Shown here piece after piece: positions 61,165 to 64,000 of a DNA stretch of 64,000 nucleotides. The translations under genes and the position numbers were made by a program. The DNA comes from an uncultured Verrucomicrobiae bacterium (GTDB lineage Bacteria > Verrucomicrobiota > Verrucomicrobiia > Chthoniobacterales > JAFAMB01). Each line of letters begins with the position of its first letter. The stretch's first letter is position 1. The DNA lies in NCBI GenBank assembly GCA_963813025.1, contig CAWEXO010000011.1:480001-544000 (forward strand), written 5' to 3'. The notes beneath the pieces are model-generated. The model was given only the letters and a program-made list of their open reading frames with translations, was not told the origin of the DNA and made no database searches.

Positions 61165-63333
61165 TCAGCGGCTGTTGGCTGAAAAACTGATCGGCTGGGC
61201 CGAGCTGAGTTCCGCCAGGCCAAATGCGTAGATGAAAGCCACTTCCTTGAGCTGATCGTATCGACCGGAAGAGCCACCGTGGCCGGCCGCAAGGTTGACG
61301 CGCAGGAGCACAGGATTCTTGTCGGTCTTGAGGCGACGGATCTTTGCTGCGTACTTTGCCGGTTCCCAATAAGGCACCTGACTGTCGTTGAGTGACGTCA
61401 GGATCAACAGGGTCGGGTACGCTTTCGCAGTAAGATTGTCATAGGGACTATAGCTTTTAATGTACCGGTATTCATCCGGATGGTTTGGGTTACCCCACTC
61501 GATGTATTCGCCTGTGGTCAACGGCAGAGTTGGGTCGCTCATCGTGTTGAGGACGTCGACGAACGGAACGTCTAAAACAGCCGCCCTGCAGAGATCCGGC
61601 CGCAGGTTCAACGTCGCGCCAATCAGGAGGCCCCCGGCACTACCTCCTTCTATGAGCATCCGGTCGTGTGTGGTGAAATGATGAGAGACAAGGTAATCCG
61701 CGCAGGCGATAAAGTCGGTAAACGTGTTTTTCTTTGTCATCATCCGTCCGGCATCGTGCCAGGTTTCCCCGAGTTCGCCGCCACCGCGGACGTGGGCGAT
61801 GGCATAGATGACTCCGCGGTCGAGCAAAGAGACCCGGCTGCTCGAGAACGACGGGTCGATTGGAATGCCGTACGAACCGTACCCGTAGAGCCAGAGAGGT
61901 GCCCGGCCGTCGAGGGCGACATCCTTGCGGCGGACGATGTCCAGCGGAACTTGCGTTCCGTCCGCTGCCGTAGCGTTAACTCGATCGACTCGGTAGCGCG
62001 AGGGGTCGTAACCGCCGAGAACCGACCGTTGTTTCACCAAGGTCTGTTCCCCCGTCGCAAAGCGATATTCGAAAATGCTCGGCGGCGTCACCGGTGACTC
62101 GTAGGTGAAACGGAATCCGTCTCCGTTGAACTCCGGGTTGTCCGCTAGCCCGGCGTCGTAAGCCGCCTCTGGCAGCGGCACCGGCCGCGACTCTTTTGTC
62201 GAAAAATCCAAAACACGAAATCGGGGCAAACCTTCCGCGCGTTCGACGATCACGGCGTGAGTAGCAAAAGGTGCGAAATCCTCGATTTTCATCTGGTCAC
62301 TGCCCGGAAGATAACCCTGCCAGTGCTCCACCCCGGGGTTATCAACCGGCGCCGTGACAACCCGGAATTCTTTCCCGCCATCGTTGGTCCGGATATAAAA
62401 CAATCCGTTACGATGTTCGGGAAAATATTTGATCTCTTCGCGTCGGTGGGCAATGAGGCGCCATTCACCAGTGGGCTGGTCGGCGGGCAGGAATCGGAAT
62501 TCCGTTGTCCGGCTGCTGGCGCTGCCAACGAAGAGGTACTTGCCGTCGCGAGACCGATCGATGTCGAGTTCGTACAACTCATCCTTTTCTTCGTAAAGGA
62601 GAACCGGTTCCTTGTCGCCCAGAGTATAGCGCCAGAGCCGGTTTGAGCGTTTGGCTTCATCTTCGGTGATGAAGAAAAGCGTCCGATTGTCGGCGGCCCA
62701 AGCGATGTCGGAGACCTTGCCAATCGGAGTTTTGAGTTCCGCGCCGGTGCTCAGGTTCTTAAGATGAAAATCGTAGTCGCGATACCCGCTGCTGTCCGTG
62801 GAGTACGCCAGGAGGGAGTTGTCGTCACTATATTCAAAGACTCCGAGAGCCATGAACGGATGGCCTTCGGCCAACTGATTGACGTCGAGCACGACCTGTT
62901 CCGACGCTTCCAAACTCCCCTTCTTGCGGCAAAGAATCGGATACTGCTTGCCTTCCTCGGTCCTTTCATAGAGCCAGTAACCCCGCTGAAGATAAGGCGC
63001 GGAGACGTCGGTCTGCTGGATCCGGTCGATCATTTCCCGGTAGAGCGCGTTTTCAAAGCCTTTGAGCGGAGCCGTGACAGCGGCGGTATACGCATTCTCG
63101 GCTTTCAGGTTCGCCAGGACCGCCGGGTCGCTCTTTTCCCGCAGCCAGAAGTAGGGGTCATCGATCCGGTCTCCATGCAAGCCGACGATCTTGGACTTTT
63201 GCTCGGTTTCCGGTGGTCTGCCCGCCTGCGGATCAAGCGCCGGTGGCGCGGCAAAGGCAAGGGCAGCGACGATGAGAGGAATCGTCGGGACCATGATCAG
63301 GAGAGCAGAGCGCCAAAAAACGCGTTGTTTCAT
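61165..63333 (-). CDS. ptrB: Oligopeptidase B (S9A)
   Basis: DPYFWLR, YGYGSYG, GGSAGG, NDSQV, GHGG. Confidence 0.9.
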   Translation of the reverse strand: MKQRVFWRSALLIMVPTIPLIVAALAFAAPPALDPQAGRPPETEQKSKIVGLHGDRIDDPYFWLREKSDPAVLANLKAENAYTAAVTAPLKGFENALYREMIDRIQQTDVSAPYLQRGYWLYERTEEGKQYPILCRKKGSLEASEQVVLDVNQLAEGHPFMALGVFEYSDDNSLLAYSTDSSGYRDYDFHLKNLSTGAELKTPIGKVSDIAWAADNRTLFFITEDEAKRSNRLWRYTLGDKEPVLLYEEKDELYELDIDRSRDGKYLFVGSASSRTTEFRFLPADQPTGEWRLIAHRREEIKYFPEHRNGLFYIRTNDGGKEFRVVTAPVDNPGVEHWQGYLPGSDQMKIEDFAPFATHAVIVERAEGLPRFRVLDFSTKESRPVPLPEAAYDAGLADNPEFNGDGFRFTYESPVTPPSIFEYRFATGEQTLVKQRSVLGGYDPSRYRVDRVNATAADGTQVPLDIVRRKDVALDGRAPLWLYGYGSYGIPIDPSFSSSRVSLLDRGVIYAIAHVRGGGELGETWHDAGRMMTKKNTFTDFIACADYLVSHHFTTHDRMLIEGGSAGGLLIGATLNLRPDLCRAAVLDVPFVDVLNTMSDPTLPLTTGEYIEWGNPNHPDEYRYIKSYSPYDNLTAKAYPTLLILTSLNDSQVPYWEPAKYAAKIRRLKTDKNPVLLRVNLAAGHGGSSGRYDQLKEVAFIYAFGLAELSSAQPISFSANSR

Positions 63334-63845
63334 GCGAAAGAGTCGGCAACCTACTGCGCTTTGGGTCTTTCGCGAAGGTAAAGTGCGTACGCACGGGCGC
63401 GCATTCGCCTCCTCCCGGATAGAACGTTCATTGGACTGAACTCGGTCGGCGACTTTCTCATCCAGTCAAAGTCCTGATACGGAATATCCGACAGGCCCCG
63501 ACTTTAGCATTCGAGCAATCGTCCGGATCGCCCTCTCTACTTTATTTAATTCCGGTTCCGTACCTGTGCATGTGCTGATCGCATGTGGCCTGAAAGCACG
63601 TCCCGAGCACAAGATATTCGTAGAAAGAAGTTATCTCTTGGCTCCGCTGGATCACCTACATACAGACGGGTCGTCCACTTCACTTCGTCTGGAGATCCTA
63701 ATTTTCGTCGTCACCACGGACACCGAGGTGCCAAGACGAGGCGGGCGGCCGTGACATGGTTTCTTGCGGAGTGCCCTAAGACAGGACCCAGAATCCGCTT
63801 GCAAACGGACGTTGCAGCAATACGCTTTCCGTCCTCGGGGCAAAC

Positions 63846-63920
<75 letters not shown>

Positions 63921-64000
63921 TCTTTCCTTTCTACGCGCCAACGATTTACGCATTTCTGTCCGCGAGCTTAGCACCCGATTGTAACACTTTACTGTAACAC

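Noticed and set aside
63340..63840. Gene or remnant between ptrB and tRNA-Val
   Set aside because: Only short interrupted frames; cannot be assigned without a search

Overview
Bacterial chromosomal window, probably Verrucomicrobiota (Chthoniobacterales-like; inferred from gene content and repeat style, not proven). It is mostly housekeeping: tRNA-Ser, dnaK-groES-groEL, glpX, a KS/CLF-like pair, a PEGA Ser/Thr kinase, a kdp cluster with split KdpD, a pyruvate dehydrogenase operon, mnmG with an embedded perfect parS, a MarR-2xMFP-RND operon, oligopeptidase B and tRNA-Val. The main interest is the mobile DNA. (1) An IS110 sits in a palindromic repeat, and its ~180-nt upstream non-coding region folds like a bridge RNA and carries segments matching both of its own junctions, plus an unexpected 13-nt complement to the distal flank. 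(2) Two piles of IS630/IS1380/MITE elements are joined end to end through shared CTAG. The IS110 target is itself a CTAGCTAG palindrome, possibly a footprint of those elements. Five single-base frameshifts (lpd, AI-2E, two IS630s) suggest long-read indel errors. All calls are by eye; no searches or folding programs were run.
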